Positions 20,522-31,010 of a stretch of 64,000 bases of DNA are shown one piece after another. The translations under genes and the position numbers were made by a program. Source of the stretch: Spirochaetota bacterium (lineage in GTDB: Bacteria; Spirochaetota; UBA4802; UBA5550); the NCBI GenBank assembly GCA_963663865.1, contig OY760686.1:1920001-1984000 (forward strand), given 5' to 3'. The stretch's first letter is position 1; every line of letters begins with the position of its first letter. The notes below the pieces were generated by a model. The model saw nothing but the letters and a program-made list of their open reading frames with translations. It was not told the DNA's origin and did no database searches.

Positions 20522-22619
20522 AATCATTCTTATCTCCACAACAGCCCTCATAGCTGTTATCGCCTCATCAACGGCGGCCCTGATTTACTTTTTCCCTGAG
20601 GAAAAGGTACGCGATCTTGTGCAGGAAAAGGTTCGCGAGAGTATGGGGCTTAATGTCAGCTTCAGCAAGCTTTCATATTCCTTACGTGGCATAACACTTC
20701 AAAACATAAGCCTTATGCGAAGCAGCGAAGGCGAAGAAAAACCTCTGCTAACCGCCTCCGAAGCGTCGCTTGGCTACAGCCTGAAAAGCCTTTTGGATAA
20801 AGAACTGAAGATAAACTATGTCTTTATTAAGGACATGTTTTTGACGCTCACAATCGATTCCAGCGGTAAGACCAATCTTGACAGCATCACCGGGAATATC
20901 CCCCAAAAAAAAGGCGATGGGTCTGGCATTAAGGCGAGCATTGACAGCATCAAATTCGCTAATGCAACAGTGTCATTTGAGAGCTGCACTGGTGTGTTTG
21001 AGCCTCTTAACGGCGGATATAACTTTGACGCTGATGTTGAACCCCTTGGCGATGGAGTTTTTTCATTTAAAAGCAGCAGACTGACTCTTTCGGGAGGAAG
21101 AGGTACGCTTCAGCCGGAGATTAAGTTTACTATCGACGATAAGGGGTTTCTCATTGAGGGGGATTCTGCTCTCGACAGGTGCTCGCTTTTATGGGTTTAC
21201 AGATGGACCGGAAAGCCCAATCCCCAGCCCTACAATACAGTAACAGGCAATGTTGACTCGCTGAAAATACATTATGCTTTTGATTCAAGGGAGTTGAATA
21301 TCGAAGGGCATGCAAAGGCTGTGTCTACATTGACAAAAAGCAAGTCGCTGGTTTACGGGGACGGTTACGCAAAGGTTTTCCGGCGAATGAACGATTCTTA
21401 TATGACTCTATTTCTTTCAGATGTAAAGGGGAAAATAAACAACTCCTCTCTGTCTCTGAACAGACTGCTATACAAGGTTAGAAGCGGCCAAATTTCCTTT
21501 TCCGCTACGGATATCGACACCACCCTGCCGGACCTGAGAAACATTGTCGAAGTAATCCCCCCTGAGCTGAATGGCAGTGTTACCGGTAGAATGAATTATG
21601 ACAATCAGATGTTTTCTGGGAGTGTTTCTCTGAAAAATATAAGTTACGGTGATGTGGTCAGCGGTGTAACAACTGGTATTGATATAAACGAAAATATGTT
21701 TAAAAACGAAAACATAACGGCTAAAGTATTGGGATATCCGTGTAAGGTTTCAATAGCTTCAACCGACAGAGCTTTTAAAAGGGTCTTTGCAGATTTCAAA
21801 CTTGATCGCCTGGATATCAGGACAGCAGACGATACAAGTAAAAATACCGGAATAGCTGTCCCTAAAAAACCAGTCAACTTCACTTTCCCGATAAGAATTG
21901 CCGGAAATATTGTGGCGGGCAAGTTAAAGGTCGGAAATCTGGAGGCTTCAAACGCAGCGCTTAGCTATTCTGCGGAAGGCAAGGTCATAGCGATTGACAG
22001 ATTCAGCCTCAACATATTCGGCGGTACCTTTAAGGGGACAGGCAGCATCGTGTCAAAACAGGCTGCTCCTGAATTGTTTACGCATTTCTCGTTCAGCAAT
22101 GCAAAGATGCAGGACATTGCCTCATTCGACGAGAGCATTAAAAACCGTTTTTTTGGTATTGCTGCCGGAGAAGGAAGCCTTTCAGGCGAATTAAACAGCG
22201 ATATACTTAAAACCTTAAGCGGGAATGTTGAAATAAGCATTGATAACGGCAAGATAGTAAACACAGGTATTCAGAACGGCCTCGGAATATGGCTGACTGA
22301 GCTCAGATACAAGCTGCAGGATCTCGAATTCAACAAAATCTACGGGAATATCAACTTTGAGAAAACGGAGCTCAATATCAAGTCCTTTATATTCAATTCT
22401 GATGATATCAGGCTGAAGATAAACGGACCGATTGATCTTGATTTCATCACAAAGCAGTTGTACATCTCACTGGAATTTAACAGGCGTTTCATTCAGGACA
22501 TCCCTTCACCGGCTGTAAAGCTGGGCCTCGACCGTTACTATAAAAACGGCTGGTATATAATTCCGTTTACGGCCAGAGGCAGTATAACCGATGGCCGTAA
22601 TATAAAACGCGTCTATTGA
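20493..22619 (+). CDS. AsmA-family bridge-like protein
   Basis: N-terminal TM anchor, long beta-rich body, AsmA-like C-terminus; GTG start inferred. Confidence 0.75.
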   Translation: MKPRKIKVFKIILISTTALIAVIASSTAALIYFFPEEKVRDLVQEKVRESMGLNVSFSKLSYSLRGITLQNISLMRSSEGEEKPLLTASEASLGYSLKSLLDKELKINYVFIKDMFLTLTIDSSGKTNLDSITGNIPQKKGDGSGIKASIDSIKFANATVSFESCTGVFEPLNGGYNFDADVEPLGDGVFSFKSSRLTLSGGRGTLQPEIKFTIDDKGFLIEGDSALDRCSLLWVYRWTGKPNPQPYNTVTGNVDSLKIHYAFDSRELNIEGHAKAVSTLTKSKSLVYGDGYAKVFRRMNDSYMTLFLSDVKGKINNSSLSLNRLLYKVRSGQISFSATDIDTTLPDLRNIVEVIPPELNGSVTGRMNYDNQMFSGSVSLKNISYGDVVSGVTTGIDINENMFKNENITAKVLGYPCKVSIASTDRAFKRVFADFKLDRLDIRTADDTSKNTGIAVPKKPVNFTFPIRIAGNIVAGKLKVGNLEASNAALSYSAEGKVIAIDRFSLNIFGGTFKGTGSIVSKQAAPELFTHFSFSNAKMQDIASFDESIKNRFFGIAAGEGSLSGELNSDILKTLSGNVEISIDNGKIVNTGIQNGLGIWLTELRYKLQDLEFNKIYGNINFEKTELNIKSFIFNSDDIRLKINGPIDLDFITKQLYISLEFNRRFIQDIPSPAVKLGLDRYYKNGWYIIPFTARGSITDGRNIKRVY

Positions 22620-23144
22620 TTAATACTTGCTGTCAGCGTAATCAACCCAGCCTCCGGCCTTGACAAGATCCCTGTCAAAGTCAGATATGCTGAAGCTGAA
22701 CTTTTCCTCGCTGGCTTTGTTTTTAATTGTTATCAGGCTGTTTTCAAAGTCGGTTTTTATCTCAGCGTCAGTTCCAGCGTATTTTGCAAAGAGCCCGTCT
22801 ATGCTGTTTCTGTCTAATTCAACAGCCATCATTCCGCAGTTGTACATGTTCTGTCTGAAAATTCTGGCGAAATTTTCAGCGATAACAAGGTTGATTCCGT
22901 TAACCTCGAGAGCCCATGGAGCATGTTCACGTGATGATCCGCAACCAAAGTTCTCCCTGGTTATTATGACTCTGACATCCCCGAGGTCCGTTGAGGGATT
23001 AAAGCCTTCAAGCTTCAGGTCCTCAAGCAGATAGGGCTTAAGAGCGTCCTTGCTTATCTCTGTCAGGTATTTTGCGGGGATAATTTCATCAGTGTTGATA
23101 TCTGAACGGTCTAAGAAAAGTACCTTCCCATTAAATAATTTCAT
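22620..23144 (-). CDS. leuD: 3-isopropylmalate dehydratase small subunit
   Basis: DINTDEIIP, NFGCGSSREHA, FARIF. Confidence 0.9.
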   Translation of the reverse strand: MKLFNGKVLFLDRSDINTDEIIPAKYLTEISKDALKPYLLEDLKLEGFNPSTDLGDVRVIITRENFGCGSSREHAPWALEVNGINLVIAENFARIFRQNMYNCGMMAVELDRNSIDGLFAKYAGTDAEIKTDFENSLITIKNKASEEKFSFSISDFDRDLVKAGGWVDYADSKY

Positions 23145-23151
23145 TGCTTAC

Positions 23152-24438
23152 CTACCCTTCGAATAATTCTGAATTCTTTATTTTACCGGCAATTGCTGAA
23201 GCGGCTGCTGTGGCTGGACTCATGAGATAAACCATACCGCCTTTGCCCATCCTGCCGTTGAAATTCCTGTTGGTTGTTGCCCCCGCGGCCTCTCCGGAAG
23301 CAAGTACGCCATTGCTCATGCCGAGGCATGCTCCACATGTCGGATTTGTGACAACGAATCCTGCTTCCATAAATACCGCTATAATTCCTTCATCAAGCGC
23401 CTTTTTGAATATATCAGGGGTTGCCGGAGAAACTATGCCCCTCACCATGTCAGCGATCTTTTTCCCTTTAAGTATTGTTGCCGCGATTCTGAGATCTTCA
23501 ATCCTGCCATTTGTGCACGATCCAATATATATCTGGTCAAGGTGTGTCCCTTCCATCTCAGAGACTGGCTTAACATTGTCCGGCTTATAGCCGAAAGTTG
23601 TCATTGGCACAAGGTCTGAAACATCTATCTCGACCTTTTCGGAATATTCAGCATCCGCGTCAGAGACCCATCCGGTGAAATCAGCAAGGGCCTCGTCTTT
23701 TCCGGGGTATTCATCCTTAATAAAAGGCCAGAGGTAATCAACCGTCTTCATGTCAGGATAGCATATTCCGCTTGTTGCCCCGGCCTCAACAGCCATATTT
23801 GAAAGTGTCATACGCGACTCCATGGACATGTCATTAACTACCGGGCCGGTGAACTCAATGACTCTGTTTGTTGCTCCGTTTACGCCTATTTTCCCGATTA
23901 CGGCGAGAATCACATCTTTCGCGTAAACACCCTTTCTGAGTGAGCCTGTAATATTAACCTTCATTGTTTCCGGTGATTTAAACGCGCACACACCCTTAAG
24001 AATTCCAACTTCGAGGTCTGTTGTCCCGACTCCTGCGGCAAAGGCACCAAAGGCTCCATGAGTACATGTGTGGGAGTCTCCCATTATTATTGTGTAACCA
24101 GGCCGCGCGAATCCTTTTTCCGGGAATATCGCATGACATACTCCGTTTCTGCCAATATCGAAAAAGTCCTTTATGCCATGTCTCCTTGCCCAGTCTCTCA
24201 GAACCTTGCCCTGTTCAGCTGTCTTTGAGTCTTTTGCCGGCGTAACGTGGTCAATAACTGCTTTTATTTTTGCAGGATCAAAAACCCTGTCCTTGCCCCT
24301 TGCTATAAGATCGTTAATAGCTATCGGGGTTGTTATTTCGTGACAGAAAACAGCGTCAAGCTTCAGCACATTTATTCCGCCTGAAAGCGATTCAACCCTG
24401 TGTGCATCGAATATTTTTTGTGCGGTTGTTTTTCCCAT
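23152..24438 (-). CDS. leuC: 3-isopropylmalate dehydratase large subunit (short LeuC/HacA type)
   Basis: DSHTCTHG, GSCTNGR, CGACLG, TNRNF-GRMG, SPATAAA. Confidence 0.9.
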   Translation of the reverse strand: MGKTTAQKIFDAHRVESLSGGINVLKLDAVFCHEITTPIAINDLIARGKDRVFDPAKIKAVIDHVTPAKDSKTAEQGKVLRDWARRHGIKDFFDIGRNGVCHAIFPEKGFARPGYTIIMGDSHTCTHGAFGAFAAGVGTTDLEVGILKGVCAFKSPETMKVNITGSLRKGVYAKDVILAVIGKIGVNGATNRVIEFTGPVVNDMSMESRMTLSNMAVEAGATSGICYPDMKTVDYLWPFIKDEYPGKDEALADFTGWVSDADAEYSEKVEIDVSDLVPMTTFGYKPDNVKPVSEMEGTHLDQIYIGSCTNGRIEDLRIAATILKGKKIADMVRGIVSPATPDIFKKALDEGIIAVFMEAGFVVTNPTCGACLGMSNGVLASGEAAGATTNRNFNGRMGKGGMVYLMSPATAAASAIAGKIKNSELFEG

Positions 24439-24655
24439 CTTGTACCTCTGTATGTTCTATAAAAATGATGAAAAGCAGCTTGATTTTGCATACTCGTAAT
24501 CACAGAACAATTCTTAAATAAAAGGATTTATCCTGCGAAAAACCGGTGATCAATTATGGTATTGAGGCAATACCGGTTCACTGTATTGATTATTAATTCA
24601 TTTTTCAGGCATGAAGTGTCAAGAATAATGCACTAACGATGTTCTTTTTTATCAA

Positions 24656-27115
24656 TTAAACATGCGCCGGGGCTTCTTTTTTACCGTCGCTGCTGACAGA
24701 CTTTGCCCTGATAACGACTTTGTCGTTCTTTACTGTTACGGTAACATCATCGCCGTCATGTACAGTGCCGCCTAATATGGAAAATGCAAGTTCATCTTCT
24801 ATCCTGTGGCGGATGAGCCTCTTAAGATTCCTTGCTCCATAGTCTTCACTAAAGCCATTTTCGAGGAGGTAACTCTTGAGAGCCTGTGAGAATTTCAGCC
24901 TTATACGACGGGGCATCATTCTTTCAGCAAGTTTTTCAAGCTGTATATTTATTATCTCTGCGACATCTTTTTTGATCAGTTTGTTAAACACAATAATATC
25001 ATCAATGCGGTTAATAAGCTCAGGGCTGAAAAAGCTTTTCATCTCTTCGAGATATTTTTCGCCTGCAGACGAATTGTCGGTTTCAGAATCAACAAACCCG
25101 GTCCTGGGAAGCCTGCGGATATTCCTGTTTCCGGCGTTTGATGTCATAATAATAACGGCATCAGCAAAGCTGACCTTTGTACCGCTGCTGTCAGTCAGAA
25201 CACCTTCATCAAAGACCTGTAGAAGAATGTTGTAGACGTCAGGATGCGCTTTTTCTACCTCATCAAGCAGAACCACCGAATATGGATTCCTGCGAATTTT
25301 TTCCGCAAGCTGCCCTCCGTCCTCATAACCGATATAGCCTGGCGGAGAGCCGATGAGCCTGGACACTGAATGCTTTTCCATGTACTCGGACATGTCAATG
25401 CGAATAAGGCTCCGGCGGTCCTGGAACAGGAACTCTGACAGCGCCTTTGCCAGTTCTGTTTTACCTACTCCGGTTGGCCCCAGGAAAAGAAAGGAAGCAA
25501 GAGGCTTTGTATTGTCGGAGAGTCCGGCTCTTGAATGTCTTATCGCTTTGGAAATGGAAGAAACAGCCTCATCCTGTCCTATAACGATTGACGAGAGATA
25601 CTTCTCCATTTCCAGCAGCCTGATGCTCTCTTCGTCCTTTATAGTATCAACCGGAATACCTGAAGATTCGGCGACAATGGAGGCAATATTGGAAGCGGTG
25701 ACGACAACCTCGTAGTCATTGATCCTTTCCTGCCAGTCGGAAAGCTTGGATTTCAGGAGCTCTCTATCGGCGATAATCTCGTCTCTCACGGCGGCAGCCT
25801 CTTCGTACTCCTGAGACATGACAAGGGCGTTCTTTCTTGAGTTAAGAATTTCAATTCTTTTTTCAAGAGCTGTTATATCAGCCGGCTTTTCATGACTGCG
25901 GAGCTTGGCTGTCGCACCCGCTTCATCTATGAGGTCTATAGCTTTATCCGGAAGATACCTGTCCTTTATGTACCTCTCAGACAGCACCACTGCTTCGCGT
26001 ATGGCTGATTCGTCGTATCGGACGCAGTGATGTATTTCGTAATGCCTTTTAAGGCCCCTGAGAATTTCACAGGTTTCTTCCCGGCCGGGCTCATTTATCA
26101 TAACTGGCTGAAATCTTCTTACAAGTGCGGGATCCTTTTCAAGGTGCTGCCTGTACTCTTTCAGCGTTGTTGCCCCAATACACTGCAGGTCGCCGCGAGC
26201 GAGAGCAGGCTTGAGGATGTTGGCGGCGTCAATTGCGCCCTCGGCTGCCCCGGCTCCGATTATGGTGTGAATCTCGTCTATAAAGATTATCAGGTCTTTT
26301 TCCTGCCGTATGGCCTCAACAATCCGTTTCAGCCTGTCTTCAAACTCTCCACGGTATTTGGTTCCGGCAACTATGGCTGGCAGGTCAAGGGCAAGGACAC
26401 GGCATGAGAACATTGAGGCTGGCACTGTCTTCATTACTATTTTTTGAGCAAGGCCCTCTGCAAGAGCAGTTTTACCTACGCCGGCTTCACCGATTAAAAT
26501 TGGATTGTTTTTCTTCTTCCGCGAAAGAATCCTGATTATTCTATCAATCTCGGAATCCCGTCCAATGACCGGGTCAAGCATGTTTTCCGACGCCATTTTT
26601 GTCAGGTCAGTAGAAAACTCATCAAGCTGAGATTTTTTTGACTGGTTGTCTGTGGATGATGACTTTTCTATAGGCACTTTTACTCCCAAAACTCTCAGTA
26701 TTTCCGCCTGCACTACGCTGTAATCAATCCCTTCGCTGAATAGAGACTCAAGTCCCTTTGTGGTACCGTCCCGAAAAATTGCGAGCAGAATATGTTCAGT
26801 TCCAATGTATGAGTTTTTCAGGTTCTTGGCCTCCTCTCTGGATATCTCGATAATTCGCCTGTATCTGAAACTTACCGGTATCCTTTCGGAAAGTGAAGAT
26901 CCTGTTTCTTTTTCAAGACATGAGCTTATGTCCCGTTCCAGCGAAATGAAATCAATGCCGATATTTCTCAGAATTCTCGCCGCGACAGAGTCCTCATCGT
27001 GAAGAAGGGCTATAAGAATATGTTCCGGCTCAAGTACGCTGGAATTAAGACGCCTCCCCTCGACCTGAGACATCTCCTCAAGAACCCTTTTTGAACGCCT
27101 TGTAAACTCAAACAT
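24656..27115 (-). CDS. clpC: ATP-dependent Clp protease ATPase ClpC
   Basis: Clp-N repeats, [15 protein letters not shown] coiled coil (QEYEEAA), [23 protein letters not shown]; downstream of mcsA-mcsB. Confidence 0.95.
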   Translation of the reverse strand: MFEFTRRSKRVLEEMSQVEGRRLNSSVLEPEHILIALLHDEDSVAARILRNIGIDFISLERDISSCLEKETGSSLSERIPVSFRYRRIIEISREEAKNLKNSYIGTEHILLAIFRDGTTKGLESLFSEGIDYSVVQAEILRVLGVKVPIEKSSSTDNQSKKSQLDEFSTDLTKMASENMLDPVIGRDSEIDRIIRILSRKKKNNPILIGEAGVGKTALAEGLAQKIVMKTVPASMFSCRVLALDLPAIVAGTKYRGEFEDRLKRIVEAIRQEKDLIIFIDEIHTIIGAGAAEGAIDAANILKPALARGDLQCIGATTLKEYRQHLEKDPALVRRFQPVMINEPGREETCEILRGLKRHYEIHHCVRYDESAIREAVVLSERYIKDRYLPDKAIDLIDEAGATAKLRSHEKPADITALEKRIEILNSRKNALVMSQEYEEAAAVRDEIIADRELLKSKLSDWQERINDYEVVVTASNIASIVAESSGIPVDTIKDEESIRLLEMEKYLSSIVIGQDEAVSSISKAIRHSRAGLSDNTKPLASFLFLGPTGVGKTELAKALSEFLFQDRRSLIRIDMSEYMEKHSVSRLIGSPPGYIGYEDGGQLAEKIRRNPYSVVLLDEVEKAHPDVYNILLQVFDEGVLTDSSGTKVSFADAVIIMTSNAGNRNIRRLPRTGFVDSETDNSSAGEKYLEEMKSFFSPELINRIDDIIVFNKLIKKDVAEIINIQLEKLAERMMPRRIRLKFSQALKSYLLENGFSEDYGARNLKRLIRHRIEDELAFSILGGTVHDGDDVTVTVKNDKVVIRAKSVSSDGKKEAPAHV

Positions 27116-28187
27116 ATTGTGACCGGATTTCCTTAAGTTTATTCCTGATGTACCCGGCCCTCCGCTCATCGTAGCCGGCAGATGAATCCATTACTCCTCC
27201 AAGCAGCGTAAGATGGGCCTGCTGCGAAGTAACCATAATATCCGTAACATCGTGAATGCTGATGCCTTTGATAGTTGAAAGAACTATTCCTAATCTCAGA
27301 TTTGATAGATGATCCATCGCTTCCGCGTAGCTAATTTTTCTCGCGTAACTGAGAGCCGCGAACGATCTCCATATTCGATCTTCAAGTTCAAGCCTGTTTG
27401 CGGCAACGTATTCGTCCCTGAGGCGGTCCTCAAAGTTTAAAACGGTTCCTGAAGCAGACTGAATTGAATTTATAATATCCTCTTCGCTCTTGCCAAGGCC
27501 ATGACCTGTGTACAGGTAAAAAAGCGATCCGACAGCCCTGCTTCCCGGGCCGGATGTCTCTACAATTGAAACGCCTGAATCCATTATTTTCATTTGCAGT
27601 TCATGTACAGATTTTGACAATGCAACTGATGGAAGATGAACTATTATCGAACACTTTATTCCTGTTCCAAGATTGTATGGGGAAGATGTCAGATATCCAA
27701 GGGATTTTGAAAACGCGAATGGAGCAGTTTTTCCTAATACCTTTTCAATCCTTGATGCAGTTTCAAGTGATTCGTCAATCTGTAGCCCCGGAAGGATTAC
27801 CTGAATTTTAAAGTGATCTGTTTCATTAAGCAGAACAGAATAATCGCTGTCTCGACCAATAAGAACAGAGGCATTACTATTGCTTTCCATTTCAGATGTA
27901 ATCAGGTTCCTTTCTCTAAGCAGTCTTTTTTCAATGTCCGTAATGTCGCGAAGCCTGATTATTACCGAATCGTCAAGACGCAGCGATGCCTCAGTAAGCA
28001 GCTTAAACAGCGATTCGGCCTCGGCGGGGTTCATTCTGCCGGGAAATGGGAATGATCTGAAGTTCCTGATGATTCTTGTTCGTGTAGACAGGACAACATC
28101 GCTCAGAGGGCCTGAGTTTTTCCAGAAAAGCCCCGGTGCTTTTCCTGTCTCTTCAAATAATCCTTTAAGCATTTTATGACGCTCCAT
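27108..28187 (-). CDS. mcsB: McsB-like protein-arginine kinase homolog with divergent catalytic motifs
   Basis: VLSTRTRIIRN-FPF, LNETDHFKIQ, GYLTSSPYNLGTG, HLP, LEDRIWR, QAHL...RRA; operon context. Confidence 0.85.
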   Translation of the reverse strand: MERHKMLKGLFEETGKAPGLFWKNSGPLSDVVLSTRTRIIRNFRSFPFPGRMNPAEAESLFKLLTEASLRLDDSVIIRLRDITDIEKRLLRERNLITSEMESNSNASVLIGRDSDYSVLLNETDHFKIQVILPGLQIDESLETASRIEKVLGKTAPFAFSKSLGYLTSSPYNLGTGIKCSIIVHLPSVALSKSVHELQMKIMDSGVSIVETSGPGSRAVGSLFYLYTGHGLGKSEEDIINSIQSASGTVLNFEDRLRDEYVAANRLELEDRIWRSFAALSYARKISYAEAMDHLSNLRLGIVLSTIKGISIHDVTDIMVTSQQAHLTLLGGVMDSSAGYDERRAGYIRNKLKEIRSQYV

Positions 28188-28695
28188 TTCTGATTAAATC
28201 CCGCAATAGCGCCGCGTCCTCATATCTTTCCTCTGCTACAGCCGCATTTAGCTGTTCTTCAAGCGGTATATTATGCTGAGTCGATGTATCAGGTTTTATT
28301 CTCTCGACTTTTCCAGTTTGCATCTGCTCAGGCACCTGTCCGCGGTATTGCCCGCCATGGTGAATCGATTCAATAACGTCTTTAAGAGATTGAGCTAAAT
28401 CAACGTAGCAGTCGGGACAACCAAGCCTGCCGGTGCGCGTAAATATCTCATAGGACATTCCGCAGCTTTTGCAGTAAAGGTTTTCGGTAAAACCCTGCTG
28501 CTGAGTTTCAGCCATAAAGCCTGCAAGCTGAGGCATGGAAACGGAAAACCCTGACAGGTCTGATTTGAGACCTATCTCTCTTGCGCATCTTTCGCAGAGA
28601 TGAACCTCGCTTTTTATATCCTTCACGATCTCGGTCAGATGGACTGTCGACATCTCCCTGCCGCAACGCTCGCACATTATCCGTTTTCTTTGCAT
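28174..28695 (-). CDS. mcsA: McsA activator (CxxC motifs plus UVR domain)
   Basis: CERC, HLCERCA, CKSCG, GRLGCPDCY, ERYEDAALLRD. Confidence 0.93.
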   Translation of the reverse strand: MQRKRIMCERCGREMSTVHLTEIVKDIKSEVHLCERCAREIGLKSDLSGFSVSMPQLAGFMAETQQQGFTENLYCKSCGMSYEIFTRTGRLGCPDCYVDLAQSLKDVIESIHHGGQYRGQVPEQMQTGKVERIKPDTSTQHNIPLEEQLNAAVAEERYEDAALLRDLIRNGAS

Positions 28696-28852
28696 TTTAG
28701 TATTTCCGCCCCGTCTGTCGCCGCGATTTCAATGCGCCTGACAGATGTCTTTTCAATCACTAATCTATTACATTAATTCAGGATTGTAAACCAATTATTA
28801 TTATCGTTATTCTCTGTTGAAAAACTGCATGAAACATACATTCAATAAATAG

Positions 28853-28882
28853 TTGACTCTGTCAAGTTCACGGCTGTATTAT
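28853..28882 (+). promoter_or_regulatory. Putative promoter with a palindromic -35 region between the divergent mcsA and ATP-grasp genes
   Basis: TTGACT-18 nt-TATTAT; TTGACTCTGTCAA also gives TTGACA on the minus strand. Confidence 0.4.
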
Positions 28883-28910
28883 ACCAAAATATTTTACTCT
28901 GGATTGCGAC

Positions 28911-30164
28911 ATGGCATTTTTTAAAAAGAAAAGCAAAGGCTATTTGATTTCTGTTTGCGCGGGAGTTAATCAGATCCCTCTAATTAGAGAAGCTTCTGAA
29001 CTCGGATATCACGTTATCGGAATCGACAATAACCCGCAGGCCCCTGGATTTCTTTTCTGCGATCTTAAAATACAGGAATCTGTTGAAAACCATGAATCCG
29101 CGTACATTAAACTACGTGAGCTTATGCTTGATGAGAATATCGCGGCGATAATGACTAAATCATACGGTCACGCAATCTGTACAGCCTCATATCTCGCTGA
29201 GAAGTTCGGGATACCCTACATCCCCTATAGTTCGACTTCAGCATTTCTGGACAAAAAAATTATGCGGGAAAGACTTAAAAAAGCGGGTGTACGAATCACA
29301 CCGAAAAACTCGACTGCAATAAAAAGGCTGATTCAAAAAGACGAATCAATGACCGATTATCCAATTGTGGCCAAACCCGTGTGCGGACATGCTAAAACAG
29401 ACGTAATCATGATACAGAATAAAAAGGAGCTTCAAAGACATCTCAATACCTCAGCATCAAATAATGACTTTATATATGAAAAATTTGTTCCGGGAAAAGA
29501 GATTATCGCAATCGGCATTGTCCACAATTCGAGGTATTATCTTGCTGAGCTGACGGATAAAATCACAACTTCACCGCCATACTTTGTAGATATAGTACAC
29601 AGCGCGCCTTCTGAATATTCATCATTTGCAAAGGAATTAACGCAAATAGGACAGACAGTAGCCGATGAGTTTGGAATACAGAACTCACCGCTGATAATTG
29701 AGCTCATCGTAAGCCCGGACAATGAGCTCTTTGTCATTGAGGCAGTTCCTGAATTCGGCGGCGAATTTCTCACCGATGTCATGGTTCCCGCAAGAACAGG
29801 TTACCGCTTTATACGTGAGGCAATCAAGTCTCAAACCGGTGATGGTTTTCATCCCCCCGCTTTTAACCGCTCAAAAAAAGCCGGCATCATTAAATACATT
29901 ACGGCCGGGAACGGAATACTTGCTTCCGTCAGCGCAAGTAACGTCAAACGCGGACAGGTGCAGCTGTGCAGGATTTTTAAGGATATTGGAGCTGCAGTCA
30001 GAAAACCGGCAAACAACCTTGACCGAATCGGGGTTATAGCATCAGTCGCGGGCAGCATGACCAGAGCAAACGAGGCGGTTCGTAACGCGGAAGAATCTCT
30101 TAAAATTGTGATAAAGGAAAAACATGAAGCAAAAACAGTGGCAAAATCATTACAACAGGGATAA
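28911..30164 (+). CDS. ATP-grasp domain protein
   Basis: AGVNQIPLI, DKKIMRE, YPIVAKP, YEKFVPGKE, FVIE...GG, DRIG. Confidence 0.85.
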   Translation: MAFFKKKSKGYLISVCAGVNQIPLIREASELGYHVIGIDNNPQAPGFLFCDLKIQESVENHESAYIKLRELMLDENIAAIMTKSYGHAICTASYLAEKFGIPYIPYSSTSAFLDKKIMRERLKKAGVRITPKNSTAIKRLIQKDESMTDYPIVAKPVCGHAKTDVIMIQNKKELQRHLNTSASNNDFIYEKFVPGKEIIAIGIVHNSRYYLAELTDKITTSPPYFVDIVHSAPSEYSSFAKELTQIGQTVADEFGIQNSPLIIELIVSPDNELFVIEAVPEFGGEFLTDVMVPARTGYRFIREAIKSQTGDGFHPPAFNRSKKAGIIKYITAGNGILASVSASNVKRGQVQLCRIFKDIGAAVRKPANNLDRIGVIASVAGSMTRANEAVRNAEESLKIVIKEKHEAKTVAKSLQQG

Positions 30165-30771
30165 ATCCAGACTGTTCTACCCGGATGAGAATCTGGTCCG
30201 TATGCTCGCTGGACTAATCCGGGAGAGACCGGATATTGTTTCAGGGATTACTGTCGACCTGGGATGCGGAAGCGGAAGACACCTGAAGCTTCTGCAGGAT
30301 TTCGATTTCAATATAATTGCCGGCATGGATATCTCTACAAAGGGGCTTGCTCACGCTTCCGCTATAGCTGATGTACCTCTCGCTGCCGCTGACAGCCGGA
30401 ATATTCCGCTCAAAAACAACTCGGTTGACATTATTATTGCCTGGGGCTCGCTCCACTATTGTCACAAGGATGACCTGCAGGTGATGCTCAGAGAGATATA
30501 CAGGGTGATGAAACATGGAGCTGTACTCCTGGCTACAATAAGAAATACCCGCGATACCTATCTCAAAAGAGGGAATCATCTGGGCTCTGACATCTGGCAG
30601 ACGAGTTTGGAAGATATTGCCGGTTCGACGGTATCTTTTTTCAATGAAGCTGAGATTAAACACTTTTTTTCACTGTTTGACAGCTGCCTCTACGGCACAA
30701 TTGAAAGAACAATACCCGGCGATATGTCATCACTGATATCGCATTGGGTCATACGAGCTGATAAACAGTAG
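30124..30771 (+). CDS. Class I SAM-dependent methyltransferase
   Basis: YPDENLVR, VDLGCGSGRH, GMDIS, WGSLHY. Confidence 0.9.
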   Translation: MKQKQWQNHYNRDKSRLFYPDENLVRMLAGLIRERPDIVSGITVDLGCGSGRHLKLLQDFDFNIIAGMDISTKGLAHASAIADVPLAAADSRNIPLKNNSVDIIIAWGSLHYCHKDDLQVMLREIYRVMKHGAVLLATIRNTRDTYLKRGNHLGSDIWQTSLEDIAGSTVSFFNEAEIKHFFSLFDSCLYGTIERTIPGDMSSLISHWVIRADKQ

Positions 30772-31010
30772 ACAGCCAGTATCAGGCATGTGAATAATAT
30801 CTCAAAATTATCTTTACAAATATGCTCCGCAAATAGATTTGTTTTATCAGTAATAATTCAATTAAACATTATCTGTGCATTTTTAAGTTTCTGTTGATTT
30901 GGACCGCGTCAGTGCACGAAAATACATTTTCCGGCCGCGGAATGCAATACAGTGAGAATCTTTATTTTTGCCGTGAGTTTAACTCATGCAATTGGATATG
31001 AGGTGCGCTA

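Noticed and set aside
30789-30826. ARG box upstream of argC (TGAATAATATCTCA)
   Set aside because: Single imperfect match in AT-rich DNA with no convincing second box.
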